Shown piece after piece: positions 8,035 to 17,963 of a DNA stretch of 32,000 nt. This DNA is from an uncultured delta proteobacterium (lineage in GTDB: Bacteria > Myxococcota_A > Polyangia > Haliangiales > Haliangiaceae). The stretch covers positions 511,667 to 543,666 of the forward strand of contig CAVUQH010000008.1 in assembly GCA_963743525.1 (NCBI GenBank), given 5' to 3'. Below the pieces are notes generated by a model that ran no database searches, had not been told where the DNA came from, and saw nothing but the letters and a program-made list of their open reading frames with translations. The position numbers were made by a program, and so were the translations under genes. The stretch's first letter is position 1. Each line of letters begins with the position of its first letter.

Positions 8035-9978
8035 GATCAGGATCGTCAGGCCCATACCTACGCCGACCGAGACCAGGAAGGCAGCCGCCAGCAGCCACAT
8101 CGGCGTGCCGCCGTGGTGCGAGCTGCGCTCGTTTTGCAGGGCCGCCAGATCGCCGCCCATCGGCGCGGGACCGGCCAGCTCGGCGATCATCTCACCGCGA
8201 GAACGAAAGGCGGTGGGCGTATTGATCGGCGGGAAGACGCTGCCGCCGGGTCCGCGCTGCTGCTGCTGCTGCTGCTGGGGCGGCTGCTGCTGTGGACCCG
8301 GACCCTGTCCGGGCGGGCCGGCGAGGACGCGGTCCGCCTGGCGGGCGGCGGCCTCGATCTCCTCGCGGCTGGGCGCGCTGCCGGCCATCATCGTGCGCTG
8401 CTCGTGGGCGGCCGGCGCTTGCGGCGCGGCGGCCTCGCGCGAGGCCGCGAGCAGGCGGTCGGCGTCGCGGGCGGCGGCCTCGATCTCCTCGCGGGTCGGG
8501 GCCTGGGCCGCCATCATGGTCTTCTGCTCCGGCGCCGCGGTCGCCGGCCGGCTGGGCTGAGGCCGCGGTGCGGCCGGCTTGTGCTTGCCCGCTGGCACCG
8601 ATCCCGGTGAGCTCGGCGGGCGCGGGCGCGGGCGGGCCGCCATCGGCGCGCCGCCGCCGGGAGCCAGGGTCCGCCGCGGGGCGATATCGGGCACGCGGCT
8701 GGGGACCTTCGACGGCGCGGGCGACGGCGCGGGCGTGACCGAGGCTTTGCTCATCGCCCGGGTCGCCTCGTCGCTCTCGGACTGGGCGCGGCCAGTGCTG
8801 ACCTGCTCGTGCATCTCTTGCACCCGCTCCAGCGGGTTGAGCTCGATGCGCGTCGCCTCACCTTCGATGTCGTCGCCCTCGCCGCCGATCTCGGGCAGCT
8901 CGTCGGGCATCTGCGCGGCGACGTTGCTGTCGCCGTCGGTGGCGTCCCACTGCATCTCGTCGATGGTGCTGGTCTGCCGGCCCTCGATCAGCTCGCGCAT
9001 CCGCTGCGAGTGCTCCTCGAGCTCCTTGGCGAAGAACTCGTCGAGGAAGCGGGCCACGTCGCTGGCGCTGACCGACTTGCCTCGCTGATGGAGGACCTTG
9101 AGCAGTGCCTCGCCGAACGCCTCGGCGGTGGGGTAGCGCTCCTCCTTGCGGTAGGCCAGCGCCTTCATCACCACCGGGTCGAGCGCCGGGTCGAGCTCGT
9201 GGTTGACCGACGACGGGGTCGGCACGTGGCCGGCGACGATCGCCTGATAGGTCTCGTAGGTCGAGCCGCGCTTGAACAGCCGCCGGCCGGTCAAGAGCTC
9301 GTGGACGATGGTGCCCAGGGCGAAGACGTCGGTGCGTCGATCGACCGGCTGGGCCAGGCACTGCTCCGGCGACATATAGGCGAACTTGCCCTTGATGGTG
9401 CCGCTCTTGGTCTTGGTCTCGCGCACGGCGGCTTTGGCGATGCCGAAGTCGACCAGCTTGACCATGCCCTCGAAGGTGACGACCAGGTTCTGCGGCGACA
9501 CGTCGCGGTGGACGATGTTGAGCGGCTGGCCAGAGGCGGTGGTTCGCTGGTGGGCGTAGTGGAGGCCGGCACAGGCCTGGGCGACGATGCCCAGCGCCAG
9601 CGGTACCGGGACGCGACCGCCGGGCACCCGGCCCTTGGCCTTGCGCGCGATCTGCGCCAGCGACATGCCGGCGAGGAACTCCATGACCATGTAGTAGCGG
9701 TGGTTTTCCTCGCCCAGCTCGAGCGTCTGCACGATGTTCGAGTGGTCGAGCTGCGCGCCCAGGCGCGCCTCGTCCAGGAACATGTTGACGAACTCGGGGT
9801 CGTCGGCGAGGTGGTCGTGCAGGCACTTGACCACCACGTACTTCTCGAAGCCTGCCTCGCCGCCGATTCGGGCCAGGTAGATCTCGGCGGTCCCACCGAG
9901 CGCCAGCAGCGCCAGCACGTCGTACTTGCCGAGCCGGCGTCCGACCATGGCGCCCGCGTTGGCTGGCGGCCCACTCAT
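8017..9978 (-). CDS. Eukaryote-like Ser/Thr protein kinase with long Pro/Ala-rich linker, 42-aa tandem repeat, polyQ tract and C-terminal TM anchor
   Basis: LALGGTAEIYLA, VVVKCL, IVHRDVSPQNLVV, DFGIAKA, KGKFAYMSPEQ. C-terminal WLLAAAFLVSVGVGMGLTILIAKLAG is hydrophobic. Confidence 0.9.
   Translation of the reverse strand: MSGPPANAGAMVGRRLGKYDVLALLALGGTAEIYLARIGGEAGFEKYVVVKCLHDHLADDPEFVNMFLDEARLGAQLDHSNIVQTLELGEENHRYYMVMEFLAGMSLAQIARKAKGRVPGGRVPVPLALGIVAQACAGLHYAHQRTTASGQPLNIVHRDVSPQNLVVTFEGMVKLVDFGIAKAAVRETKTKSGTIKGKFAYMSPEQCLAQPVDRRTDVFALGTIVHELLTGRRLFKRGSTYETYQAIVAGHVPTPSSVNHELDPALDPVVMKALAYRKEERYPTAEAFGEALLKVLHQRGKSVSASDVARFLDEFFAKELEEHSQRMRELIEGRQTSTIDEMQWDATDGDSNVAAQMPDELPEIGGEGDDIEGEATRIELNPLERVQEMHEQVSTGRAQSESDEATRAMSKASVTPAPSPAPSKVPSRVPDIAPRRTLAPGGGAPMAARPRPRPPSSPGSVPAGKHKPAAPRPQPSRPATAAPEQKTMMAAQAPTREEIEAAARDADRLLAASREAAAPQAPAAHEQRTMMAGSAPSREEIEAAARQADRVLAGPPGQGPGPQQQPPQQQQQQQRGPGGSVFPPINTPTAFRSRGEMIAELAGPAPMGGDLAALQNERSSHHGGTPMWLLAAAFLVSVGVGMGLTILIAKLAG
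8257..8277 (-). repeat. (CAG)7 trinucleotide microsatellite in the coding sense, encoding Q7 inside the kinase linker
   Basis: Plus strand reads ctg x7 at 8257-8277, with further ctg triplets a few bases downstream. Protein context is PQQQPPQQQQQQQRGPG. Confidence 0.95.
8333..8535 (-). repeat. Two copies of a 126-bp (42-codon) in-frame tandem repeat inside the kinase linker
   Basis: Identical 28-nt cores gcgggcggcggcctcgatctcctcgcgg at 8341-8368 and 8467-8494. Encoded peptides are EQKTMMAAQAPTREEIEAAARDADRLLA... and EQRTMMAGSAPSREEIEAAARQADRVLA... Confidence 0.85.
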
Positions 9979-10066
9979 CCCTGGGGCAAGGATACTCGAC
10001 CGGCGACCCGGGCCGAAACTACTGGAGCCTGGGAAAACCGGACCGAAACGGCGCCGAAACGCAGAA

Positions 10067-10089
10067 GGGCCCGGCGCGCGGCCGGGCCC
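10067..10089 (-). terminator. Intrinsic terminator-like hairpin downstream of frr
   Basis: GGGCCCGGC-gcgcg-GCCGGGCCC: perfect 9-bp GC stem with a 5-nt loop, 25 nt after the frr stop. It is followed on the minus strand by TTCTGCGTTTCGG (an imperfect U-tract). Confidence 0.6.
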
Positions 10090-10114
10090 GTGTGGGGAAA
10101 CAGGTGCGTGGAGG

Positions 10115-10678
10115 TCAGACCTCCATCAGCTCCTTCTCCTTGTTGGCCGAGATCTCGTCGACCTGGGTGATGTACTGGTCGGTGAGGTCCTGGATCCTCT
10201 TCTGCCCCAGCTTGTTGTCGTCCTCGGAGATGTCCTTGTCCTTGAGGGCGTCCTTGAGCATGTCGTTGCCATCGCGCCGGGCGGCGCGGACGGCGACCTT
10301 GGCGTCCTCGGTCATCTTCTTGATCAGCTTGACCAGCTCCTTGCGCCGCTCCTGGGTGAGCGGGGGGATGGGCAGGCGGATCAGCTCCGAGTCGGCGACC
10401 GGGTTGATGCCCAGATCGCTGGCGCGGATCGCCTTTTCGATGTCGGGGATGAGATGTTTCTCCCACGGCTTGACCGTGATCAACCGCGCGTCGGCGACGT
10501 TGAGCGTGGCCACCTGGTTGAGCGGCGTCGGCGTGCCGTAGTACTCGACCTTGACCCCGTCCAGGAGCCCCAGGTTGGCGCGCCCGGTGCGCACCTTGGA
10601 CAGCTCGCGCTTGAAGGCCTCGATGGCCTTGTCCATCCCGTCCTTGGTTACTTCTTGGACCTCGTCGATCACGATCAC
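10115..10678 (-). CDS. frr: Ribosome recycling factor
   Basis: [43 protein letters not shown]...[18 protein letters not shown]...ISEDD is near-colinear with E. coli Frr. A GTG start at 10678 overlaps the pyrH stop (GTGTGA); GTG at 10672 is an alternative. Confidence 0.95.
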   Translation of the reverse strand: MIVIDEVQEVTKDGMDKAIEAFKRELSKVRTGRANLGLLDGVKVEYYGTPTPLNQVATLNVADARLITVKPWEKHLIPDIEKAIRASDLGINPVADSELIRLPIPPLTQERRKELVKLIKKMTEDAKVAVRAARRDGNDMLKDALKDKDISEDDNKLGQKRIQDLTDQYITQVDEISANKEKELMEV

Positions 10679-11439
10679 ACCTCCGCGAAACGCGCCTTCT
10701 CGTCGCTCTCGACGATGAGGGTACCAACGTTCCGGTCCCCGGCGACAGCACGGCTGATGTTTCCGGGCTTGTTCATGTCGAAAACCAGGATCGGCAGGCC
10801 GTTGTCGCGGCACAGGGCGAACGCCGTGGCGTCCATCACCTTGAGGTCCTGTTTGAGCGCGTCGGTGAACGTCACGTGGTCGTACAGCCGCGCGTCGTCG
10901 AACTTGTTGGGGTCCTTGTCGTAGACCCCGCGGACCTTGGTGCCCTTGAGCAGGACCTCGGCGCCGATCTCCATCGCCCGCAGCGCCGCCGCGGTGTCGG
11001 TGGTGAAGAACGGGTTGCCGGTGCCGGCGGCGAAGATGACCACGCGCCCCTTCTCCAGGTGGCGAATGGCGCGCCGGCGGATGTACGGCTCGGCCAGCTG
11101 CGACATCTCGATGGCCGACAGCACGCGAGTGACCATGCCGGCCTTCTCCAGCGCGTCCTGCAGTGACACCGCGTTCATCACCGTGGCCAGCATGCCGACG
11201 TAGTCGGCCGACGCGCGGTCCATGCCGCGCGCCGACTCGGACAACCCGCGGAAGATGTTGCCGCCGCCGACCACGACGGCGATCTGCACGCCGAGCTTGG
11301 CGGCGTCGTGGATCTCTCCGGCGACGTGGCCCAGGATAGCGGGGCTGATGCCATAGCCCTCGCTGCCCATCAGGGCCTCGCCGGAGATCTTGAGCAGGAC
11401 CCGGGAGTAGACCGGTGGAGGTGTCGGATCGTCCGCCAT
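10675..11439 (-). CDS. pyrH: UMP kinase
   Basis: Internal ATG at 11439 of ORF 10675..11568. [15 protein letters not shown]...[11 protein letters not shown]...[12 protein letters not shown]...[21 protein letters not shown]. Confidence 0.95.
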   Translation of the reverse strand: MADDPTPPPVYSRVLLKISGEALMGSEGYGISPAILGHVAGEIHDAAKLGVQIAVVVGGGNIFRGLSESARGMDRASADYVGMLATVMNAVSLQDALEKAGMVTRVLSAIEMSQLAEPYIRRRAIRHLEKGRVVIFAAGTGNPFFTTDTAAALRAMEIGAEVLLKGTKVRGVYDKDPNKFDDARLYDHVTFTDALKQDLKVMDATAFALCRDNGLPILVFDMNKPGNISRAVAGDRNVGTLIVESDEKARFAEV

Positions 11440-11458
11440 GGTGCCCGGCCGTTCCGGA

Positions 11459-12115
<657 letters not shown>

Positions 12116-12172
12116 GGTTCTCGATTCCTCTTGGTCTACGGGCTGGAAGGAAAGGGCGGGAAAGCGGGCGGG

Positions 12173-13045
<873 letters not shown>

Positions 13046-13236
13046 GTTTTTTCTCCGTTTTTGGGTTCCGCCGGTCCCGTCATCGGCGGCCGCGAACCCC
13101 CGGTTTTCGGTGGGCACGGCGCGGACGCCTCGGAGACCGTGAGTATTGCTAGGGCGACGCGATCTAACACGCCGGATCCCGGGTGCGCAAGGTCGGCCTC
13201 GGCGGCCCCTTGGCGCGGAGGATAAAGCGAGTATTT
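13046..13236 (-). promoter_or_regulatory. rpsB promoter/5' leader region with a bipartite hairpin next to the RBS
   Basis: Candidate sigma70-like elements on the minus strand are TTGCGC (13190-13185), 17 nt, then TTAGAT (13167-13162). Leader hairpin at 13063-13099: GGGTT/AACCC plus CCGCCG/CGGCGG stems with a 10-nt loop. It is followed by AAAAACGGAGAAAAAAC-ATG. Confidence 0.35.
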
Positions 13237-14466
13237 TCAGCGAATTGGGATCACCCCGAGGAGCTCGCGGCGGAGCCGATCGGCCCGCCGGGCAGCCATC
13301 TCGTCACCGGCCGCCCTCCATAGATCCGGGACCGCGACCTTCAGCTCGGGGTGTTCTGCCAGGGCTTTGGCTGCCGCCGCCGGCTTGGTGCCCGGCTCGA
13401 GCACCAGGCAGCCACGGATCACCGAGGGCGACTCGGACGGCGCCGGATCGTGATCGCCGGCGTGGTCGGGATCTTCGATGCAGGCGCGGCAGACGTTGTG
13501 GACCTCGGTGTCCCAGCGATAGATCGCGGTGCCCTCGGGCAGCGCCGCCTCGGCGGCGTCGAAGTCGGCCGCGTCGGCGGCCAGCTCGAACACTTCGGCG
13601 TCGCCGCGCCAGAGCAGCAGCAAGAACGGCAGCCGCGGCACCCGCCGGCCGTCGTGCTCGGCCCAGCCGACGGCGGCGCGGTCGTACAGCACGATGTCGG
13701 AGTAGCCGGCCGGGACCGGGAACATCGGCGGGTTGAGGATCTGCCCGTGGCACGGGCTGAGCGAACGCACCCACACGTGTTCGAAGTCGGGCCGGCGCTC
13801 GTCCGGATCGCCGGCGATCGGCAGCCGCAGCTTGACCATCTCCAGGTCGGCGACCCGCGGCAGACCGTCGTCGCCGACCGTGACATCGGCGAAGCCGAGG
13901 AGGCGCCAGGCCGCGGCGGCGCGCTCGCCCAGGCCCAGGGCGGTGGCGCAGACGCCGACGTTGTTCAGCGCCGCCTCGTCGCCCGGATCGTCGGCCAGGT
14001 AGCGATCGAACCAGGCCAGGGCGTCGCGCCACTGGCCGCGCTGCTTGTGCAGCAGCGCGCGGTCGAACGCCAGCACCGGGTCGTTGGCCAGCGCCATCGC
14101 CGAGTCGAAGGCGGCGATCGCCTGGCTGTCGTGGTCCGGGCCGCACAGGCGCAGGGCGTTGCCGTAGGCGGCGAACAGCGATCCGGTGCGGTTGGGGTCG
14201 GCGTCGGCCAGATCACCGGCGCCGGTCAGCGCACGGTGGGCCACGGCGGCAGCGGCGCGGGCCGGGTCATCGTCGCCGATCGGCTCGTCGGCTGCTCGCC
14301 CGTCGACGATCTCGCACAGGGCCACGCACGCCAGCCGCGCGATCTCGAGATCGCCGGGCCACGCGGCGGCGATCGCCTCGATCTCGCTCCGCTCCTCGCT
14401 CGCTCGCCCGTCCGCCTTGACGGCGCGCAGCCACGCGGCGGCGTCCCGGGGGTCCCTGGTCCCCAT
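13237..14466 (-). CDS. TPR-like N-terminal / unknown C-terminal domain protein
   Basis: 409-aa ORF with strong GC3 bias that starts 6 nt after the purT stop. Helical-repeat segments include [15 protein letters not shown] and [23 protein letters not shown]. No family was recognised for the C-terminal half. Confidence 0.65.
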   Translation of the reverse strand: MGTRDPRDAAAWLRAVKADGRASEERSEIEAIAAAWPGDLEIARLACVALCEIVDGRAADEPIGDDDPARAAAAVAHRALTGAGDLADADPNRTGSLFAAYGNALRLCGPDHDSQAIAAFDSAMALANDPVLAFDRALLHKQRGQWRDALAWFDRYLADDPGDEAALNNVGVCATALGLGERAAAAWRLLGFADVTVGDDGLPRVADLEMVKLRLPIAGDPDERRPDFEHVWVRSLSPCHGQILNPPMFPVPAGYSDIVLYDRAAVGWAEHDGRRVPRLPFLLLLWRGDAEVFELAADAADFDAAEAALPEGTAIYRWDTEVHNVCRACIEDPDHAGDHDPAPSESPSVIRGCLVLEPGTKPAAAAKALAEHPELKVAVPDLWRAAGDEMAARRADRLRRELLGVIPIR

Positions 14467-14472
14467 CGGCGC

Positions 14473-15663
14473 CTACTCGTCGGCGCTGGCGATCTCGAGC
14501 TTGGCCACCGCCGCCCGCCCGGCCGACAGCGCCTGCTCCCAGTTGTCGCCTGTGGTCAGCACCACCGCCATGCGCCGCTTCACCCGCGCCATCGGCTTGC
14601 CGAAGATCCGCAGGTCGGTGTTGGGCTGCTCGAACACTTTTTCCACGCCGCGCACCATCGGGTGCTCGATGGCGCTGGGTGAGCGCACCGCCACCGACGC
14701 GCCCTCGGCGTAGCGGGTGATCTGCTGGAGCGGCAAGCCGAGAATGGCCCGCGCGTGCAGCGCGAACTCGCTCCAGGGCTGCGTCGCCATGGTCACCATG
14801 CCGGTATCGTGCGGCCGCGGGCTGATCTCGCTGAACAGCACCTCGCCGTTCTCGAGCAGGAAGAGCTCGACGCCGAAGATGCCGCGACCGCCCAGGCGAT
14901 CGGTCACCTTGCGCGCGATCTCCTGCGCGCGCTCCAGCTGCAGCGCGCTCATCGGGTGCGGCTGCCAGCTCTCGACGTAGTCGCCCGCCACCTGGCGATG
15001 CCCGACCGGGTCGCAGAACTTGGTGCCGTTGATCGCGCGCACCGTCAGCAGCGTGATCTCGCTGTCGAAGCGGATGAATTCCTCGACGATCACCCGGCCG
15101 GCTCCGGCACGCCCGCCTTCCTGCGCGTAGGCCCAGGTCTTCTCCAGCTCGTCCTCGCCGTGGGCCATCGACTGACCCTTGCCGCTCGAGCTCATGATCG
15201 GCTTGACCACCACTGGATAGCCGAGCTCGACCGCGGCTGCCCGCAGCTCGTCCAGCGAATCGGCAAACCGGTACTTGGCCGTCGGCAGCTCCAGCTCTTC
15301 GGCCGCCAGCCGGCGGATGCCCTCGCGGTCCATGGTCAGCCGCGCAGCCTCGGCGGTGGGAATGACCGTCCATCCCTCGTTCTCCAGCTCGAGCAGCGCG
15401 CTGGTCGCGATCGCCTCGATCTCGGGCACGATCAGGTCCGGCTTCTCCGCCTCGACCACCTCGCGCACCTTGGCGCCGTCGAGCATGTCGAAGACGTGCG
15501 ACCGATGGGCCACCTGCATCGCCGGCGCGTGCTCGTAGCGATCGCACGCGATCACCTCCACCCCCAGACGCATCAGCTCGATCACGACCTCCTTCCCCAG
15601 CTCCCCCGAGCCCAGCATCAGCACCCGAATCGCGTTCCCCTGCAGCGGCGTCCCAAATCTCAT
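14473..15663 (-). CDS. purT: Formate-dependent phosphoribosylglycinamide formyltransferase (GAR transformylase 2)
   Basis: Colinear with E. coli PurT: [77 protein letters not shown]. The start is either ATG 15663 or 15672. Confidence 0.92.
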   Translation of the reverse strand: MRFGTPLQGNAIRVLMLGSGELGKEVVIELMRLGVEVIACDRYEHAPAMQVAHRSHVFDMLDGAKVREVVEAEKPDLIVPEIEAIATSALLELENEGWTVIPTAEAARLTMDREGIRRLAAEELELPTAKYRFADSLDELRAAAVELGYPVVVKPIMSSSGKGQSMAHGEDELEKTWAYAQEGGRAGAGRVIVEEFIRFDSEITLLTVRAINGTKFCDPVGHRQVAGDYVESWQPHPMSALQLERAQEIARKVTDRLGGRGIFGVELFLLENGEVLFSEISPRPHDTGMVTMATQPWSEFALHARAILGLPLQQITRYAEGASVAVRSPSAIEHPMVRGVEKVFEQPNTDLRIFGKPMARVKRRMAVVLTTGDNWEQALSAGRAAVAKLEIASADE

Positions 15664-15792
15664 GCCGCGCACCTTACACCGGGGACGCTCATTAGAAATT
15701 CACTTTTTTACCCAATCTTCTCCCGAGGTTGTCTCGCCCCCAGTCGCACCCGAGCCTTGCGCAGAGGCCGCCTCCGTTCGCATAGTTTCGCC
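15664..15792. promoter_or_regulatory. Divergent intergenic region with an AT-rich island (cattagaaattcacttttttacccaatcttctcc)
   Basis: A local GC drop lies between the purT start (minus) and the next plus-strand CDS. No confident -35/-10 assignment. Confidence 0.3.
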
Positions 15793-16722
15793 GTGGAGCT
15801 GGCGTTTGGATTGTCTTTGGCCGTCATCCTGGCGGGGGTCGTCATCGTTCGGGCCGCGCGCGGGGGTGGCTACAACCGCGTGCTCTACGACCTGGTGCAG
15901 ACCCGCGGCGGGCGCATCGTCCGCACCGGCGAGCTGGAGCTCGAGGTCGGCACCATGGTCGTTCGCGTGTCAACCTTCAGCGCGCCGCCGGCGGCGACGC
16001 ACTGGCGGGTGCGCTACCCGGTATCGGGAGTCTGCCCCTTCTCCGTGGTCCCCGGCGCCGGCCCGCCCACCGAGCACGCGTTCGCCGGACAGGACATCGT
16101 CATCGGCGTCGATGACGGCTTCGACCAGCGCTACGTCGTGCGCGGCCAGGATCCGCTGCTGTTGCGCCGGATGTGGAGCGCCGACGCCTGCCGCGCGCTG
16201 CTGGCCATCCCCGGTGCCAGTGTCGTCGGCTCGCGCGGTGGCCTCGAGATCGAGCGCCGCGGCGAGGCGCTGTCCACCGACGAGCTCGAGCGCGGCCTGG
16301 AGCTGGTCGCCGCCCTCGACGCGTGCGATCTGTGCGGCGCCGAAGCGCTGCGTGCGCTCGGCGGCTACCAGCCGCCGGCCGGCCCGTTCGACGAGCGCGA
16401 GCCGCCACGATCGACACCGCCGGGCCCGGGTGAGGTGACCGTGCTGCCGGTCTACGTGCGCGGCGCCGCCGCCACTCGCGCGGTCGCGGTCGGGCAGAGC
16501 GCGATGATCGGCGACGGCGGGCCGCTGGCCGGGCTCGATCTCGCCGCCGCCGGTATCGCCGACGAGATCGTCCGTCGCACCGGCGATGCGGTGCTGGTGC
16601 AGTCGGACGGAGAGCTGACGCTGACCTGGCCGCAGATCGTCCACGACGTCGCTGCGCTACGCGCCGGCGTCGAGCTGGTGCGCGGTCTGTTGCGCGCGCC
16701 GTCGCAAGGCCCGTACCGCTGA
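15793..16722 (+). CDS. Hypothetical protein with N-terminal TM anchor
   Basis: 3' part of tracked ORF 14755..16722 (the upstream part is antisense to purT). From GTG 15793 it reads VELAFGLSLAVILAGVVIVRAARGG..., with GC3-rich codons throughout. The alternative frame (15662..16438) is Arg/Ser/Pro/Ala-rich junk. The start and the 66-bp 3' overlap with the next gene are uncertain. Confidence 0.5.
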   Translation: MELAFGLSLAVILAGVVIVRAARGGGYNRVLYDLVQTRGGRIVRTGELELEVGTMVVRVSTFSAPPAATHWRVRYPVSGVCPFSVVPGAGPPTEHAFAGQDIVIGVDDGFDQRYVVRGQDPLLLRRMWSADACRALLAIPGASVVGSRGGLEIERRGEALSTDELERGLELVAALDACDLCGAEALRALGGYQPPAGPFDEREPPRSTPPGPGEVTVLPVYVRGAAATRAVAVGQSAMIGDGGPLAGLDLAAAGIADEIVRRTGDAVLVQSDGELTLTWPQIVHDVAALRAGVELVRGLLRAPSQGPYR

Positions 16723-17886
16723 CGCCAGCAGGCCGGCCGGCCGATCCTCGGCCAGCAGCGACGGCAGATCGAGATCGGGAAACGAGCCGCGGCCGAAGAA
16801 GACCCTCTCGGCCACGCCGGTCAGCGGGCCGACGCGCAGCGCCGCCAGCGCCAGCTCGACCGCGGCCGGCGCGCGCAACCGATCGAAGGCGCCGCGCAGC
16901 AGACGCCGCCCGCGAAAGCGATCGCGCAAGACCCGGCACTGGTACGCCCGCAGCACCGCCGGGTCCCTGCCGGCCAGCCAGGTTCGCGCGACGTCGATCG
17001 CCAGCCGGCTCTGTCGCAGGCACGGGTCGAGCCCACCGGCGGTGAGCGGCGACACCGCCCCCGACGCGTCGCCGACCAGCAGGCCGTGCTCGCAGGCGAT
17101 GCGCTCCAGCAGTCCGCCGACCGGGATGCGGCCGCCGCGGCGCTCGATGCGTGGTCCGCCTGCTGGCGCCAGTAGCTCGACCTCGGCGCGAAAGCGCTCC
17201 AGCGCCGGCACCGGTGCATAGCTCGGCCCGGCTCCGGCGACGCCGACGTGCACTTCGTGGCCGTCGTCGACCACCCACGCCAGATAGCCGGGCGCCAGCA
17301 CCGGATCGACGAAGCAGTGCATCACCGGCGCGCTGCCCGGGCGCGGCGACGGCACCACGTCCTCGACGCCGACCAGGAACCGCTGGTTGCGATCGAGGCC
17401 CAGCGCGCCGGCCACCCGCGAGCGCGCGCCGTCGGCGCCGATGACGAAGCGCGCCTCGATCGTGCGCGTGCCGCCGCCGGCCGCCCGCTCCAGCGCCACC
17501 TCGACGTGACCCGGTCGCGCGGTCGCGCCGGCAAACCGGTGCCCGCACCAGACGCGGGCGCCGGCCCGTTCCGCTTCGCCGCGCAGGCGGCGATAGAGCG
17601 AGCCCATCCGCCCGACGCGGAACTCGTCGTGCGAGCTGGTCAGGCGGAGCGATCGGCGCGCGGGCGAATACAGCACCACCTGCCGCACCGGCGGACCCAG
17701 ACAGTCGTCCGGAAGATCGAAATCCTCCAGGGTCCGGCGGACGAAGATGCCGGTCGTGTGCACCCGCTCGGCCAGGTGCCGCTTCTGATCCACCAGCACG
17801 GTCTCCAGCCCGGACTCGGCCAGGCCGCGCGCGCAGGTCAACCCGGCCAGGCCTCCCCCGACCACCAGGACGTCACAGCGTTCCAC
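16657..17886 (-). CDS. FAD-dependent oxidoreductase, geranylgeranyl-reductase-like family
   Basis: CDVLVVGGGLAGLTCARGLAESGLETVLVDQK (GxGxxG Rossmann followed by an acidic end), LLVGDASGAVSPLTAGGL (GD motif). Start taken as GTG 17886; TTG at 17937 is possible. Confidence 0.75.
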   Translation of the reverse strand: MERCDVLVVGGGLAGLTCARGLAESGLETVLVDQKRHLAERVHTTGIFVRRTLEDFDLPDDCLGPPVRQVVLYSPARRSLRLTSSHDEFRVGRMGSLYRRLRGEAERAGARVWCGHRFAGATARPGHVEVALERAAGGGTRTIEARFVIGADGARSRVAGALGLDRNQRFLVGVEDVVPSPRPGSAPVMHCFVDPVLAPGYLAWVVDDGHEVHVGVAGAGPSYAPVPALERFRAEVELLAPAGGPRIERRGGRIPVGGLLERIACEHGLLVGDASGAVSPLTAGGLDPCLRQSRLAIDVARTWLAGRDPAVLRAYQCRVLRDRFRGRRLLRGAFDRLRAPAAVELALAALRVGPLTGVAERVFFGRGSFPDLDLPSLLAEDRPAGLLASAVRALRRRAQQTAHQLDAGA

Positions 17887-17963
17887 GCCACCCGAACGCC
17901 GTGGCCCGGCCCGGCTATTCCAGGGCCACCGCGACAACCGACGATCTCCGCTATGCTCGGCGC

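Noticed and set aside
13063-13110. On the plus strand the hairpin followed by ccggttttcgg looks like an intrinsic terminator.
   Set aside because: No plus-strand gene ends upstream of it, because rpsB occupies the opposite strand. It is better explained as structure in the rpsB 5' leader.
15700-15790. ZTP (pfl)-riboswitch-like string GGGTGCGACTGG on the minus strand upstream of purT, a gene class that riboswitch often controls.
   Set aside because: Only this short segment resembles the GGGUCGUGACUGG core. I could not find a complementary P1 3' strand. The conserved 3' pseudoknot element CCGCCUGGGC is absent between it and the purT start. A cmscan with RF01750 would settle it.
17901-17963. 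Apparent overlap of the divergent starts of the FAD oxidoreductase (TTG 17937) and the STAND kinase (GTG 17901).
   Set aside because: Choosing GTG 17886 (just before the GxGxxG motif) and GTG 17964 (just before the kinase Gly-loop) gives family-typical N-termini and a normal 77-bp divergent promoter region.
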